Part shown: one piece after another, positions 53,199 to 64,000 of the stretch
Layout: every line of letters starts with the position of its first letter
How positions within the stretch are numbered: position 1 is the stretch's first letter
From: Methanotrichaceae archaeon
Lineage (GTDB): Archaea > Halobacteriota > Methanosarcinia > Methanotrichales > Methanotrichaceae
Reading direction: 5' to 3'
DNA length: 64,000 bases
Assembly (NCBI GenBank): GCA_963754945.1
Contig: CAVWIG010000023.1
Location: forward strand, 25,585-89,584
Notes under the pieces: generated by a model
What the model was told of the DNA's origin: nothing
Databases searched by the model: none
Seen by the model: only the letters and a program-made list of their open reading frames with translations
Program-made: the position numbers and the translations under genes

Positions 53199-55175
53199 AT
53201 GTCAAACGAAATAGCAGGAAAAGGTGTTCAGGCTGAGGAGAAGAGGCTATACCTCCCGCCTCGTAACCTGGTCGAGAACTCCAATGTCATGCAGTGGATG
53301 AAGAAGAAAGGCTTCAAGACTGAGGCAGAGATGCGCACCTGGACTGGCGAGAACTACGTCGAGTTCTGGGACGAGATGGCAAGGACATACGCAGACTGGT
53401 TTGAGCCGTACAAGGCCACCCTGGAATGGAAGCCGCCAATCGCCAAATGGTTTGTTGGCGGCAAGTGCAACGTTGCTTACAACGCCGTCGAGAGGCACGC
53501 GAATTCCTGGAGACGGAACAAGGTCGCATACATCTTCGTGGGCGAGCCTGTCGGAGACGTACGCAAGATCACCTACTTCGAGCTGAACAGAGAGGTCAAT
53601 AAGTTTCGCAAACGCGCTCAAGAGCGCCGGAGTCATAAAAAGGGCGACTGTGTGGGCATTTACCTCCCCATGATCCCTGAATTGCCCATCGCTATGCTGG
53701 CTTGTGCAAAGATCGGTGCCATTCACGTCGTTGTCTTCTCGGGTTTTTCAGCTGTGGCCGTAAGAGACCGCTTAGAGGACTGCGAGCCAAAAGTGCTTGT
53801 CACCTGCGATGGGTCTTATCGCAGAGGAAAGCCCATTATGACCAAGGGTCAGGCCGATGAGGCAATTCTGGGTAATAAGTCCATCGAGAAGGTCGTCGTA
53901 GTAAAGAGAAACGGCCAGGAGATCCCAATGAATGAGGGCAGGGACGTGTGGTGGGATGACTTTGTGAAGGGCCAGTCCGGCTCCTGCGAGTCGATGCCCA
54001 TGGACCCAGAGGATCCGCTCTTCATTCTTTACACCGCGGGCACAGCCGGCAAGCCGCGTGGCATAGTACACGCTCACGGAGGCTTCTGTGTGGGTCCGGC
54101 CTTCACTACCTCTTGGGTCTTCGATATCAAAGACACTGATGTGTACTGGTCAACTGCGGACATCGGATGGATCACCGGGCATAGCTACATCGCCTACGGC
54201 CCGTTGTGTTTGGGCGCTACAAGCATAATGTACGAGGGCTCGCCCGACTACCCGGATTTCGGAAGATGGTTCCAGATAATCGAGGAGTACGGGGTCTCGG
54301 TTATTTACACCGCCCCAACTGCCATCAGGATGTTCATGAACGAAGGACCCGAATGGCCCCAGAAGTATGACCTGAGCACAGTACGGCTGATGGGCTCGGT
54401 AGGAGAGGCCATGAACCCGGATGCCTTCGTATGGTGGCGCAGGTATGTGGGCAACGGGTCAGCGCCCATCATGGACACCTGGTTCCAGAGCGAAACGGGA
54501 TCCCAGGTCATAGCGCCCTTGCCCATAACTCCCCTTAAACCGGGATCGCCCAGTTTCGCCCTGCCAGGGTACAACGTGGAGGTCGTAGACGATGCCGGCA
54601 AGCCAGTGCCTGCTGACACCCCGGGAAACATAGTCCTGACCGAGCCCTGGCCTTCTATGCTTAGGACGGTTTACAAGGACCCAGCAACGTATCGGGAGAC
54701 GTACTGGTCAACCTTCCCTGGAAAGTACCTCTCGGGGGACAAGGCCAGGGTGGACAGCGACGGTTACATCTGGGCAATGGGTCGAGCTGACGACGTCCTT
54801 AAGGTGGCGGGACATCGGATCTCCAATGCAGAGGTAGAGGCCTCGGCTGATAAGTATCCGGCCATAGCCAGCACTGCTGTCATCGGCAAGCCGGACAAGG
54901 TCAAGGGAGAGAACATCGTTGTCTTCGCCGTCCTGAAACCGGGATTCAATGGAGATGCAAACCTGCAGAAGGACATCAAGAACTTCGTACGGAAGACCTT
55001 GGGTCCGATAGCCATCCCATCGGATGTCATCTTTGTGAAGGACATCCCCAAGAACAAGGCGGGAAAGCCCGTCCGCAATCTGATCAAGGCCAAGGCTCTT
55101 GGACAGAACTTGGGGGATACTTCGGCAGTGTCCAACCCAGACGCGATAAACGACATTCCGCTCATCGCCAAATGA
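53199..55175 (+). CDS. acs: Divergent acetyl-CoA synthetase paralog 4
   Basis: Full-length Acs sequence with variant motifs YTAGTAGKPRG, DTWFQSETG, PKNKAGK; compensating indels near 53605-53640. Confidence 0.9.
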   Translation: MSNEIAGKGVQAEEKRLYLPPRNLVENSNVMQWMKKKGFKTEAEMRTWTGENYVEFWDEMARTYADWFEPYKATLEWKPPIAKWFVGGKCNVAYNAVERHANSWRRNKVAYIFVGEPVGDVRKITYFELNREVNKFRKRAQERRSHKKGDCVGIYLPMIPELPIAMLACAKIGAIHVVVFSGFSAVAVRDRLEDCEPKVLVTCDGSYRRGKPIMTKGQADEAILGNKSIEKVVVVKRNGQEIPMNEGRDVWWDDFVKGQSGSCESMPMDPEDPLFILYTAGTAGKPRGIVHAHGGFCVGPAFTTSWVFDIKDTDVYWSTADIGWITGHSYIAYGPLCLGATSIMYEGSPDYPDFGRWFQIIEEYGVSVIYTAPTAIRMFMNEGPEWPQKYDLSTVRLMGSVGEAMNPDAFVWWRRYVGNGSAPIMDTWFQSETGSQVIAPLPITPLKPGSPSFALPGYNVEVVDDAGKPVPADTPGNIVLTEPWPSMLRTVYKDPATYRETYWSTFPGKYLSGDKARVDSDGYIWAMGRADDVLKVAGHRISNAEVEASADKYPAIASTAVIGKPDKVKGENIVVFAVLKPGFNGDANLQKDIKNFVRKTLGPIAIPSDVIFVKDIPKNKAGKPVRNLIKAKALGQNLGDTSAVSNPDAINDIPLIAK

Positions 55176-55243
55176 GCGGATTTAATTTTTCAGCGATATT
55201 GATGAAATGCTATAAGTCAAAAACGTGAACAAAAAGTTTTAGC

Positions 55244-55633
55244 TTAGCTGCACCCGCAGTCTCTATCCCCGTGGCCACAGCCGCCGTCGTTATCGTGTTC
55301 GCACGATTCCGCGTCGTGATCGCAGGTGTCAGCGTGGCCGCATGCGTCGCAGCCTGAAACATCGTCCAATGGACCGCGAATGATGAATCCAGTCCCGCGC
55401 TCGTCGTTCACATAGTCGACTATGGTCTCTCTGAGCAGCTCTGTGTCCTGTGGGCTCATATGGATCTTCACTCCGTTGCTCTCGAAGACAACATCGTCCT
55501 TCTCCTGATCGCCCAGAGCCAGACCGTAGTTCGCTCCACTGGAGTCTATGGCGGCCAGGAACATCCTTATTACCTTTCCTTCTGCCTGACTGCGCTTAAT
55601 CATAGCGGCTGCAGCATCTGTGACCTCTATCAT
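55244..55633 (-). CDS. HesB/IscA-like Fe-S assembly accessory protein with Cys/His-rich tail
   Basis: MIEVTDAAA...YGLAL...DDVVFESNG...VDYV....GTGF. Confidence 0.8.
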   Translation of the reverse strand: MIEVTDAAAAMIKRSQAEGKVIRMFLAAIDSSGANYGLALGDQEKDDVVFESNGVKIHMSPQDTELLRETIVDYVNDERGTGFIIRGPLDDVSGCDACGHADTCDHDAESCEHDNDGGCGHGDRDCGCS

Positions 55634-55731
55634 ATAGAACGCTCCAGATCTTATATCTCAAAACAACTCTTATTTAAACAATCTTGAACCGGGGTCTATC
55701 CCGGAGGACTAGCCGTGAAGATTTATAAAGT

Positions 55732-56058
55732 ATGCAGGCGATAAAGAAGCTGATGTATACCAGAGATGTACTTCTCTCCTTGGTGATGGTCGCATCCGCT
55801 TTTGTCCTGATCTATGCCCACCTGGAGGCCCTCGACAGAACCGACCCTGTGCAGATAGTCTCAGCCGTTCTGCTCATCGCCGCTATGGCGATGTTGATGC
55901 TCAGCACCAGCTCGAGGCTGAGCATGGTTGAGCAAGAGCTAGAGGCATCTCAGAGGGCCATGAGGATAGGGCTTCAGGGATTGGAAGGGAAGATGGACAA
56001 CGCCAACTTCAGGTACATGGCAGCGGTGGAGGATATATCCAAGAAGCTCTACAGGTAG
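55732..56058 (+). CDS. Hypothetical membrane protein (2 TM plus coiled coil)
   Basis: Probably leaderless; cotranscribed with fen. Confidence 0.7.
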   Translation: MQAIKKLMYTRDVLLSLVMVASAFVLIYAHLEALDRTDPVQIVSAVLLIAAMAMLMLSTSSRLSMVEQELEASQRAMRIGLQGLEGKMDNANFRYMAAVEDISKKLYR

Positions 56059-56064
56059 CATGAT

Positions 56065-57075
56065 ATGGGCGTAGACTTAGGAGATCTGCTGCAAAAGAAG
56101 AAGATAGAGATAAAGGATCTATCCGGCAGATGGGTGGCAGTGGATGCCTTCAACACCCTATACCAGTTCCTGAGCATAATCAGGCAACGGGATGGGACGC
56201 CGCTCATGGACAGCTCGGGCAGGGTCACGTCTCACCTTTCTGGAATACTCTATCGCACAACCAGCCTCATAGAGGCTGGAGTCAAGGTGGCCTACGTCTT
56301 CGATGGCAAGCCTCACCCGTTAAAGTCCGGCACGCTCCAGGAAAGGTCCGATGTGAGGGAGAAAGCAGCCGCTGCCTGGGAGGAGGCCAAGGCCGAGGGA
56401 GAAGACGGATTCAAGTATGCCCAGGCTGCGTCGCGTCTCAATGCCGAGATTCTTGACGACTCAAAGCGTCTTATTCAATCGATGGGACTTCCGATTATTC
56501 AAGCTCCCTCCGAGGGCGAGGCCCAGGCTGCTTATATGGCGGCACGAGGAGACGTCTACATCGTGGGAAGCCAGGATTACGATTCTCTGCTGTTCGGTGC
56601 GCCCCGCGTGGTTCGCAACATGGCCATAACAGGAAAAAGAAAGCTGCCCAGGAAGAACATCTACGTAGATGTGGAGCCTGAGGTCATGATCCTGGAGGAC
56701 GAGCTCGCAAGGATGGGCATTGACCATAAGCAGCTTGTGGAAATAGGCATTATGTGCGGCACAGATTTCAACCCAGGGTTAGCCCGGATAGGTCCAAAGA
56801 CAGCTCTAAAGCTCATCAAAGAGAAAGGAAACCTGGAGGCGGTTCTGGACTCTCAGGACGAGACCATTGCGAACTACGCCGAAATACGAGATTTATTCCT
56901 CCATCCGGACGTCACTGACGATTACACCATCAAGATGAGCAAGCCAAAAGTAGAAGAGGTGGTGTCTTTTCTCAGCGGGGAGAGGGACTTCGACGTGGGA
57001 CGCGTGGAGAAGACTGCTCATAGGCTAGAGGAGGCTTACAAGGTTGGCCAGTCCACCCTCGACCGATGGTTCTAG
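56065..57075 (+). CDS. fen: Flap endonuclease 1
   Basis: MGVDL, YQFLSIIRQ.DG, APSEGEAQ, SQDYD, GTDFN, C-terminal PIP box QSTLDRWF. Confidence 0.97.
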   Translation: MGVDLGDLLQKKKIEIKDLSGRWVAVDAFNTLYQFLSIIRQRDGTPLMDSSGRVTSHLSGILYRTTSLIEAGVKVAYVFDGKPHPLKSGTLQERSDVREKAAAAWEEAKAEGEDGFKYAQAASRLNAEILDDSKRLIQSMGLPIIQAPSEGEAQAAYMAARGDVYIVGSQDYDSLLFGAPRVVRNMAITGKRKLPRKNIYVDVEPEVMILEDELARMGIDHKQLVEIGIMCGTDFNPGLARIGPKTALKLIKEKGNLEAVLDSQDETIANYAEIRDLFLHPDVTDDYTIKMSKPKVEEVVSFLSGERDFDVGRVEKTAHRLEEAYKVGQSTLDRWF

Positions 57076-58046
57076 CCCTTTTGAGCTGGACCTAAACAGG
57101 ACGGTTGAGCTAATTTGTCGCCGTGGAGCAAGGTTGGTTGGCCTCCAAGTTCCCGAAGGTCTTAAACGGGCCGCTTCCGGCATCGCCAAGCAGATCAGAG
57201 ATCAAACTGGCGCAGAAGTCATAATCTCAGGCGATCCCTGCTACGGAGCCTGCGACATCGACATGGCCCTTTGCGATGAAGTTGACATAATGCTCCACCT
57301 GGGCCACGCCGAACTGGATGAGACCCCAGAGAAGGTCATCTTTTTAGAAGCCAGAATGTCTCAAGATCCGAAGGAGGCTGTGGAGAAGGCGATCCGGCTC
57401 CTCAGATCCAAAAAAGTTGGTGTTACTACAACAGTTCAGCACGTCCATAAGCTCGACCGGGCAATCGAAGTTTTGAGAGAGAATGGAATTGAGGGACTTG
57501 TGGGTCCTGCCGGGGGCCGGATCAAGCATCCAGGCCAGGTTTTGGGCTGCTGTTACAGCACGGCCCGAGAGCTTTACCTGGACGAGTATCTTTTCATCGG
57601 CACGGGTCAGTTTCACCCTCTGGGAATCGCTCTGGCTACGGGCAAGAGGGTAGTAACCGCAGATCCAATTACGTGCGAAGTTTCGCTAATCGATCCCGAT
57701 CCAATGCTCAGACGCACGATTTGGGGTCATTACTCGAGCAGCGGACGCAAAGAGGTTTGCCGTTCTCGTCTCAAAGAAGCCGGGGCAGAGGCGCATGGAA
57801 CTGGCAAGACGGATGAAGGATTTGGGCGAGGCCAGAGGTTTGGAGATGATTTCGGTCTATCTGGATAACATCGAGCCGGACAGACTGCTGAACCTCGGAG
57901 TCGAGGCAGCCGTATCCACTGCCTGCCCCAGGATTGCGCTGGATGATGCAGCCAAGTACATGATTCCCATCCTCACGCCGCCGGAGTTCGAGGTGCTTAT
58001 CGGTGAAAGAAGATGGGAAGAGTACGCCTTTGATGAAATGAAATAA
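57044..58046 (+). CDS. dph2: Diphthamide biosynthesis enzyme Dph2 (frameshift near 57716)
   Basis: QVPEGLK, CYGACD, GQVLGC and TACPR motifs split over two ORFs by one extra base. Confidence 0.88.
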
Positions 58047-58050
58047 CAAC

Positions 58051-59309
58051 TAGTATAATGATTCCAAATTAACATATCAATAATCCGCGTTCCTTATCAA
58101 CAACAATCCCACCAGCCATTTTATCCATTTTGTATTTCCATTTAAATAAGGTGGGCATTTTATTCATATCATCTATATATTGACTGATGCGTTCAATCAA
58201 CTCTTCTTTGGATGACACTCGTATTTCTCTAAGCATGCTTCTAGTCATTTTACTGAATAAGCTCTCAATTATATTGAGCCACGATGCATGCTTAGGCGTA
58301 AAGACAAATTGAAAGCGTTGAGGAATAGTTTCAAGATATTTCTGAGTTTTCTTTGAAGTATGCACACGAACGTTGTCCAGAATTGTAATTATTTTAATTT
58401 CTTTTGGGTAAATTGAATCAGTATGCTTTAAGAATTCAATAAATTCTTCGCTTCTATGCTTGTCGAATATCTTATAATGAACCGTTCCTGTTAAGAGATC
58501 GATTCCCGCAAGCAATGATACTGTGCCATGCCTTTTGTATTCATAATCTCGCGAAAGCGTTGGATATTGACCTGATACAGGCATCATATCAGGATATTTA
58601 TTTTCGATTGCTTGAATTCCTGGCTTTTCATCGTATGAGACAATAACCATATCGAGCGGCTTGCCTTCTTTAGACATCCTCTGGAGCAATTCAACTTGCT
58701 TGTAAGTATGTAATACAACAGCGCTCTTCGGTTCAAATTCAGGGTCTACTTTGGCGATGTACGAAGATATCTTATGAGGTTTAACATTGCTCGCTCCAAG
58801 TATTTTTGAAATAGTGCCACGAGATATCTTTGATAACTCTGGGAATCCATTCGCTGCACAGTACTTTTTGATATGGTCTGTTAATAACCGTTGTGTCCAT
58901 AGTTCATATGAATATCCGTATTTGAGCGGTTTTGTGCATGCAAGAGCTATAATCCAAGTTCTAGCATCTGACGATATTCTTCGCGATCTTCCACTTCTGG
59001 GTAGATCCACCAATGCGATATAGATCCCATATGCGAAAGCTTTGTTGATTACGCGTTCTACTTTAGGTCTATTTGTCTCCAATTCCCTTGCAATTTGGGA
59101 AATTGATTTATGGCTATAATACTCAAGTAGGATCTTGGCACGCTCAACGGTTCGCTGTGGTTGCGTTCGAGATCTGCTTGCTTTTTCTAGATCTTCAAGC
59201 TCTTCCGTTGTCAATTGTAGTGTAGGGTGAGTACTCACAAGTGGCATAACAATATATTTGGAGTACTACCTATTAAGCATTGCTATGTTATTTTGGAAGC
59301 TAAACACTA
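58051..59309 (-). mobile_element. IS630-family element; transposase 58069..59247
   Basis: SYDEKPG, DYEYKRHGT, ILDN, TPKHASWLNIIE; CTAG at both ends (TA target); imperfect TIRs TTCCAAATTAACATA/TATGTTATTTTGGAA. Confidence 0.93.
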
Positions 59310-59852
59310 GTTATTCTATGTATGAATCTAGAATGCTTAAGGCCCTTCTTTCTTAATGCTCTTGTTATGGACGACAATCCTAGGCAAACCACGAAGTCAC
59401 ATAGCTAATGCGGTCGGATACCAACATACGCGGACATTGCATGAATACATTTTTAGCAGAGATTATACCATACATTATATAATTATCGTCAGAATCTTTG
59501 CTGCTATTATTGTTGGCTCCTTTCCAGTTACGACGCTCGATGATACTAAGCCTTCTATTGTACGATGGCTTCATAATGCGAAGAGTCTTGGCTTGCCTTG
59601 AGAGATTGACATCGTCAGATGTTTCTCTGAAACATCCAGATATTGATTCTGCTCTAACGTTGAATGATTATTGTCTCCCGCATAAATCAATATAACATCA
59701 ATTATTTTATTTAATTATCTACTAGTTTCTTTTACTAGTCCTTATTTAAATTAAATTATGCCTACTAATGCAAATGACTATAATATTAAAAACGCGGGCT
59801 TAACCCGCGCCGAACGCGCCTGTTAATCACAGATCTCTTTCTTTCTTTCTCA

Positions 59853-60560
59853 TCATGTCTCTATGTTGGGCGCTCTATCTCTTATATCCCAGATCCTAAG
59901 GTTATCAAAGCCTATTGTAACGGCTCCTGGTGTGTAAAGAGTCCCTGCTGCCAAACCGATCATGCCTGAAGAGAAACTGCCATCGGTATAATTATCGAGT
60001 CCAATGTTGTTGTTACGTAGAAGAAGAGCTTATCTCCATCGCTAATAACTCTGATCAGGTTTGTTGCATTTCCTGTGTGAATGGCACTGGACTTCTTCCA
60101 ATTCCAGCTTGCGGGCGACCAAAGTATTATTCTGGAGCTTGGCCATGCATAATAACCGTCCCCAGATATTGCAAAGAAGTAATAGTTATTCCAATCTACC
60201 TTCCTGACAATTACTCCATAGTAGTTATCGTTCTGACCAGCCTCTTGAGTGGTTTCAACTTCTAAGATGGAGTTGTTATAATTCTGGCCGAACGATACAG
60301 CTCTATAGGAATTATATTGATTAACATTCAAATGATATTTCCCGTTCTCAAAATAGTAGCTGAAATTGGCACTCAAACCTCCGCCCCAAACACTTCCTTT
60401 GCTTGAAGAAAAGTTCTCTTCGTATAACAGCTTGCCCTTGGTCGCATTATTTCCATTTTGATCGGCCAGGGCAACCGGAATAACTATGCTTGAAAGGGCA
60501 ACCATAACCAACAACGTCACAAGCCCAAGACCAAACCCATGTTTGAATAGCATCTCCATC
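59853..60560 (-). CDS. Secreted concanavalin/LamG-like (DUF1080-like) protein, frameshifted near 60015
   Basis: Signal peptide, LLYEENF, YGVIVR...NYYFFAISGDG; the shifted frame continues SGMIGL...FDNLRIW to a stop at 59853. Confidence 0.6.
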
Positions 60561-60846
60561 ATCAACCTTCGTAAACTCAGGATTGAGGTTAAATTACAAA
60601 CCTTTCTACTTGAGTTCAAATGATACTCTTCATTTGATATAACTCTTCCATATTATTAGTATTTTCTGGGATGGTAAGCCGTTCCAGATCTATGGACGAA
60701 GCCTACAACTGATACACCGGAGCCACTCGTCGGAGAAAAATAACGTGCCTAAATATAGAATATCAACCTAGAACTCGTGATGTGATCAGAGCCAGCCTCT
60801 AGAAAGAGCTATTAACTATCCAATCAATTAATTCTAAGGTGCAAAA

Positions 60847-61615
60847 TTGTTCGAGATCTTCCTCCTGCCTATATTCATTGTCGCACTTCTCCTGATCCTG
60901 GCCATACCAATTATCTTCATCTATCTCTTCCTCAGGCTATCGGAGACGGCTTTCGAGCAGGTGGGTTTCGATCACTGGCATGCCTCGTTGGCTGTCTTCG
61001 GCTCCGTTGTAGGAAGCCTTTTCGACATACCACTTCACGCTGGACCGATCAGCTCTTACCCCGGCTGGTTTGTATCTCTGGTAAGTGCTACGGGTCTGGA
61101 CTTTACCACTGCTTTTCATCCGTTTTACCTGACAGTTAACCTGGGTGGGTGCCTGATTCCTCTTGCGGTCTCCCTGGACCTTTTACGGCGAGGGCGAGCA
61201 TCCATCTCAAAGGCCGTCCTGGGCATCGCGATTGTCACTGTGATAACCTACTACTTCGCCATGCCCGTAGCAAACGAGGGCATAGTCCTGCCATTCTGGC
61301 TATCGCCTGCACTTGCTGCTATTTGCGGCCTGGTCTTGGGCAGGGGTTACGACAAGGCTCCAGCCCTGGCGTACATAAGCGGCTCGATGGGGACCCTTTT
61401 AGGTGCCGACATTCTCAACCTAATCACGCCGGGTGTCCTGCCAGCGCTTTCGCCCCTGGGATACCATGCAGTGAGACCGCTTGTCATGTCCATAGGAGGG
61501 GCAGGGGTGTTCGATGGCATCTTTTTCGACAGGAGTGCTGGCGGTGCTCTTTGCTGCAGGCATAGTCTGCATATTCCACCGCTCCTGCGATGGCGTCAGG
61601 ATGCACAGGTCGTAG
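60847..61615 (+). CDS. DUF1614-family membrane protein (frameshift near 61527)
   Basis: VNLGG..IP, LAY.SG..GTLLGAD, SIGGAGVFDGIF, then the shifted frame TGVLAVL. Confidence 0.85.
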
Positions 61616-61741
61616 CTCTGACGAACGAATTGCAGTGGTGGTGGGGGGGGGTACCTTATTGACTATTACAAATACGCGAATCGAGCAGCCTAAGTCTAAT
61701 GATGCGATCTTCTGCAGGAATTCCTGTTTTTCATCTTCCTG

Positions 61742-62736
61742 TGCTGTGTCGATTAAGCTTAAATAGTTTAAATATAAATATTGTGTTATGAACTATGTTG
61801 ATAATAGAGACTGGCCAAGAATATAATGCCCAACTTGTTCGAAGAGGCGAATTCTATCTCGATTTGAGTTGTGTGAAGAACTGGGAGTTGGGAATTAAGA
61901 GAAATGAATAGAAAAAAAACAGGCGCTCCATACAAATACCCTAACACTTTTATAACTTTTGCATCAATAATATACTCTTTTTTCCGAATGCCATATCGTC
62001 AACTTGAAGGATTCTTTGGACGACTTTCGACCTATGAACCAGGATTGGTGGCGGCAGATTATACCACTCTCCATAAGCGAATCTCTAAGCAAGATCTTGG
62101 AATAGAGATACCAGAGAACGACGCTGTTGTTGCAGTTGATTCAACTGGGATAAAGGTAACAAATAGAGGGGATTGGATGCGCGAGAAACACGGAAAGACA
62201 GCGGCGAGGATGGCTTAAAGTTCATGTGGCAGTCGACGTTGAATCAAAGAGATTATTGTCTATGGAAGTTACAGAAGAAGACACCTCGGATAGCGAGGTT
62301 TTGCGCCCTTTGTTGAAAGACGTCAATATTGAGGAGGGGTTGATGGATGGCGCATATGACACAAACGACGCATTTGAATTTATGAAATCGAAAGGTGTAG
62401 ATTGTCCAGGGATTAAGATCAGAGAGAACGCGATAGTGCAGGTAAAGATGCATCAGCCAGGTTAACAGCTGTTCTGGAATTCAAAAAAATGGGCTACAAG
62501 GGTTGGAAGCAAATGCATCAGTACGGTAGAAGGTGGGCAGTTGAAGGCTTCTTCTCGATCGATCAAGCGTATCTTTGGTGAAACGGTTCGGGCATCTTCA
62601 CCCGAAGGAATGGTCGCCGAGATTAAAAGAGCATTCATTTTGTATAATATACTTAGGAGCATATAAGTAATTAGTTAAAATAAATTATGAATTCTTGAAT
62701 AACGAAATAATACTATAATAATCATGCGACACAGCA
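61742..62736 (+). mobile_element. IS5-family element, copy 2 (frameshifted)
   Basis: Near-identical to 50328-51315; same TIRs; TSD TCTTCCTG at 61734-61741 and 62737-62744. Confidence 0.95.
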
Positions 62737-62919
62737 TCTTCCTGTAGTTTTCTGGTCCATTCAGGGATAGTTGTGCAGCCTTTCAGGTCGGGATTCCTTC
62801 ACACAATCATCCCACAGAAATATTGCATTTGACTGAGTCATGAATTAGGTTCAATTTATCGCCATAACGGTAAAATTAAGTATTATAGCTTCAATTGCCA
62901 AGCAAAAGGAGGTCTCAAT

Positions 62920-63987
62920 ACGAAGATTCGTTCCAAGTTATCCATTGCTTTTGTCCTGATCCAATGTGTCCTGAATGTAGGTTTTGCATCAGATACTATG
63001 ACGGGAGGGAACGCGGGACTGCCTTCATCTCATGTGATCGCCGATGTTCCCTGGCACCAGCAAATGAATGGGCTGTTTTGCGGCGAAGGAGTCCTGGAAG
63101 GAGTATATGACTATTGGGGACCTGACATCAATCAGAAAGAGATTGCAGATGTGGCCCGAAGCTCTTCTGCAGGAACTTGGTCTTTCGATATGGTCAGAGC
63201 AGGTCACTTCAGCAATATGAGTTCAGCTCAAGGGAGATTCTTCCCTAATGAAGCACCCATTGCAGGATATCCTGAAAGGGCTTTGGGTTATGCATCTTTC
63301 CCCCATTCCTCCGATAAATTCTGGCTGACGGACTTGAAGAGTCTTATCGCTGCTGATACTCCCGTAATTCTACTCATGACTTTCCAGCCGAATGGTGGAG
63401 GCGGCCATTACAGGACGGCGATAGGATACGACGACACACAAGGCATAATTTACTTCAGCGATCCCTGGGGAAGGGATCAGAAACACCAGACCAATAAGAC
63501 GGGAATTACCGCTTGGACCTATGATGAGCTGCAAAGTGGCTAGAACTACACAGCCGAGGGCGAATCTTATCCTTATTGGGGAATGGTGATGATGCCGTGG
63601 AATGTCAATGTTAAGACTACAGGGTCGCTAAAGCCAGGCTCAACGGCTACTGTTACCGCAGACATTACGTATCCATGCCCTTCGCCATTCAACGCATCCA
63701 TGTATCCTGTAAAAGATGCTGTGGCAATGATAACCTTGCCCAGTGGCATGAGCCTTACTTCTGGATCTATGAAAATTTCCCTGGGAGACATGAAGGCGGG
63801 GTCAACCGCTAAGTCAAGCTGGAAGGTCAGCATTGATAAACCTGTTAGCGGACAGTCGATTGTGGTACAAGCCCAAGGATTGGTATCCGGACATGTGCCG
63901 GAAGCGCATTGGGCTGGTATGAGCGTGGCATATCCACCATATAGCTACACAGATGCCATCGGAGGAAATGGATTTATTCAGCTTTAA
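62920..63987 (+). pseudogene. Secreted C39-like cysteine peptidase with C-terminal Ig-like domain; ACG at the expected start and an in-frame TAG at 63541
   Basis: VPWHQQ...FCG, HYR..IGYD, SDPWG catalytic motifs; ORFs 62998..63543 and 63583..63987 are in the same frame; GGAGG Shine-Dalgarno precedes ACG 62920 and a signal peptide. Confidence 0.75.
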
Positions 63988-64000
63988 TGCGAGCAATTTT

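Noticed and set aside
53600-53645. Odd peptide KFRKRAQERRSHKKG in acs-4 as a novel insertion
   Set aside because: Shifting frame gives ANALKSAGV, matching the paralogs; it is explained by compensating indels.
57705-57730. dph2 split into two ORFs
   Set aside because: One inserted base with both halves otherwise intact; most likely a sequencing artefact.
59330-59700. Short AT-rich ORFs next to IS630
   Set aside because: No consistent frame or motif; could not be supported as genes.
1-64000. CRISPR array, rRNA or a recognisable known riboswitch
   Set aside because: No regularly spaced repeats, rRNA signatures or TPP/fluoride/cobalamin consensus were seen by eye; an Infernal scan would be needed to exclude them fully.

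Overview
Chromosomal window of an acetoclastic methanogen, most likely Methanothrix/Methanosaeta, judged by four AMP-forming acetyl-CoA synthetase paralogs together with cofH, mfnA, the archaeosine genes and a PGF-CTERM protein. Housekeeping content: the rps13-rps4-rps11-rpoD-tRNA-Leu operon, aroA, aconitase, tgtA-arcS, ilvA, pstS, cofH, RsmB-family genes, two TRAM proteins, mfnA, ppsA, moeA, mtaB, fen and dph2. Accessory content: six IS copies (2 IS630, 1 IS701-like, 1 IS256, 2 IS5; 8-bp target duplications visible for four), a decayed integrase next to a chimeric relic made of duplicated gene fragments, and a defence island inside the acs array (orphan hsdM, MNT-HEPN pair, YhcG, an IS-split Mrr-like nuclease and a Zn-ribbon/HEPN protein). 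Best leads: (1) a cobT + MDR dehydrogenase + TrpD-like operon whose TrpD lacks the anthranilate-binding residues; (2) long structured 5' leaders in front of all four acs genes, three of them sharing a motif; (3) the Mrr-like + Zn-HEPN gene pair. Many single-base frameshifts in conserved genes suggest uncorrected long-read indels, so pseudogene calls need caution. No CRISPR array or rRNA was seen. All calls come from reading motifs by eye; no database search was run.
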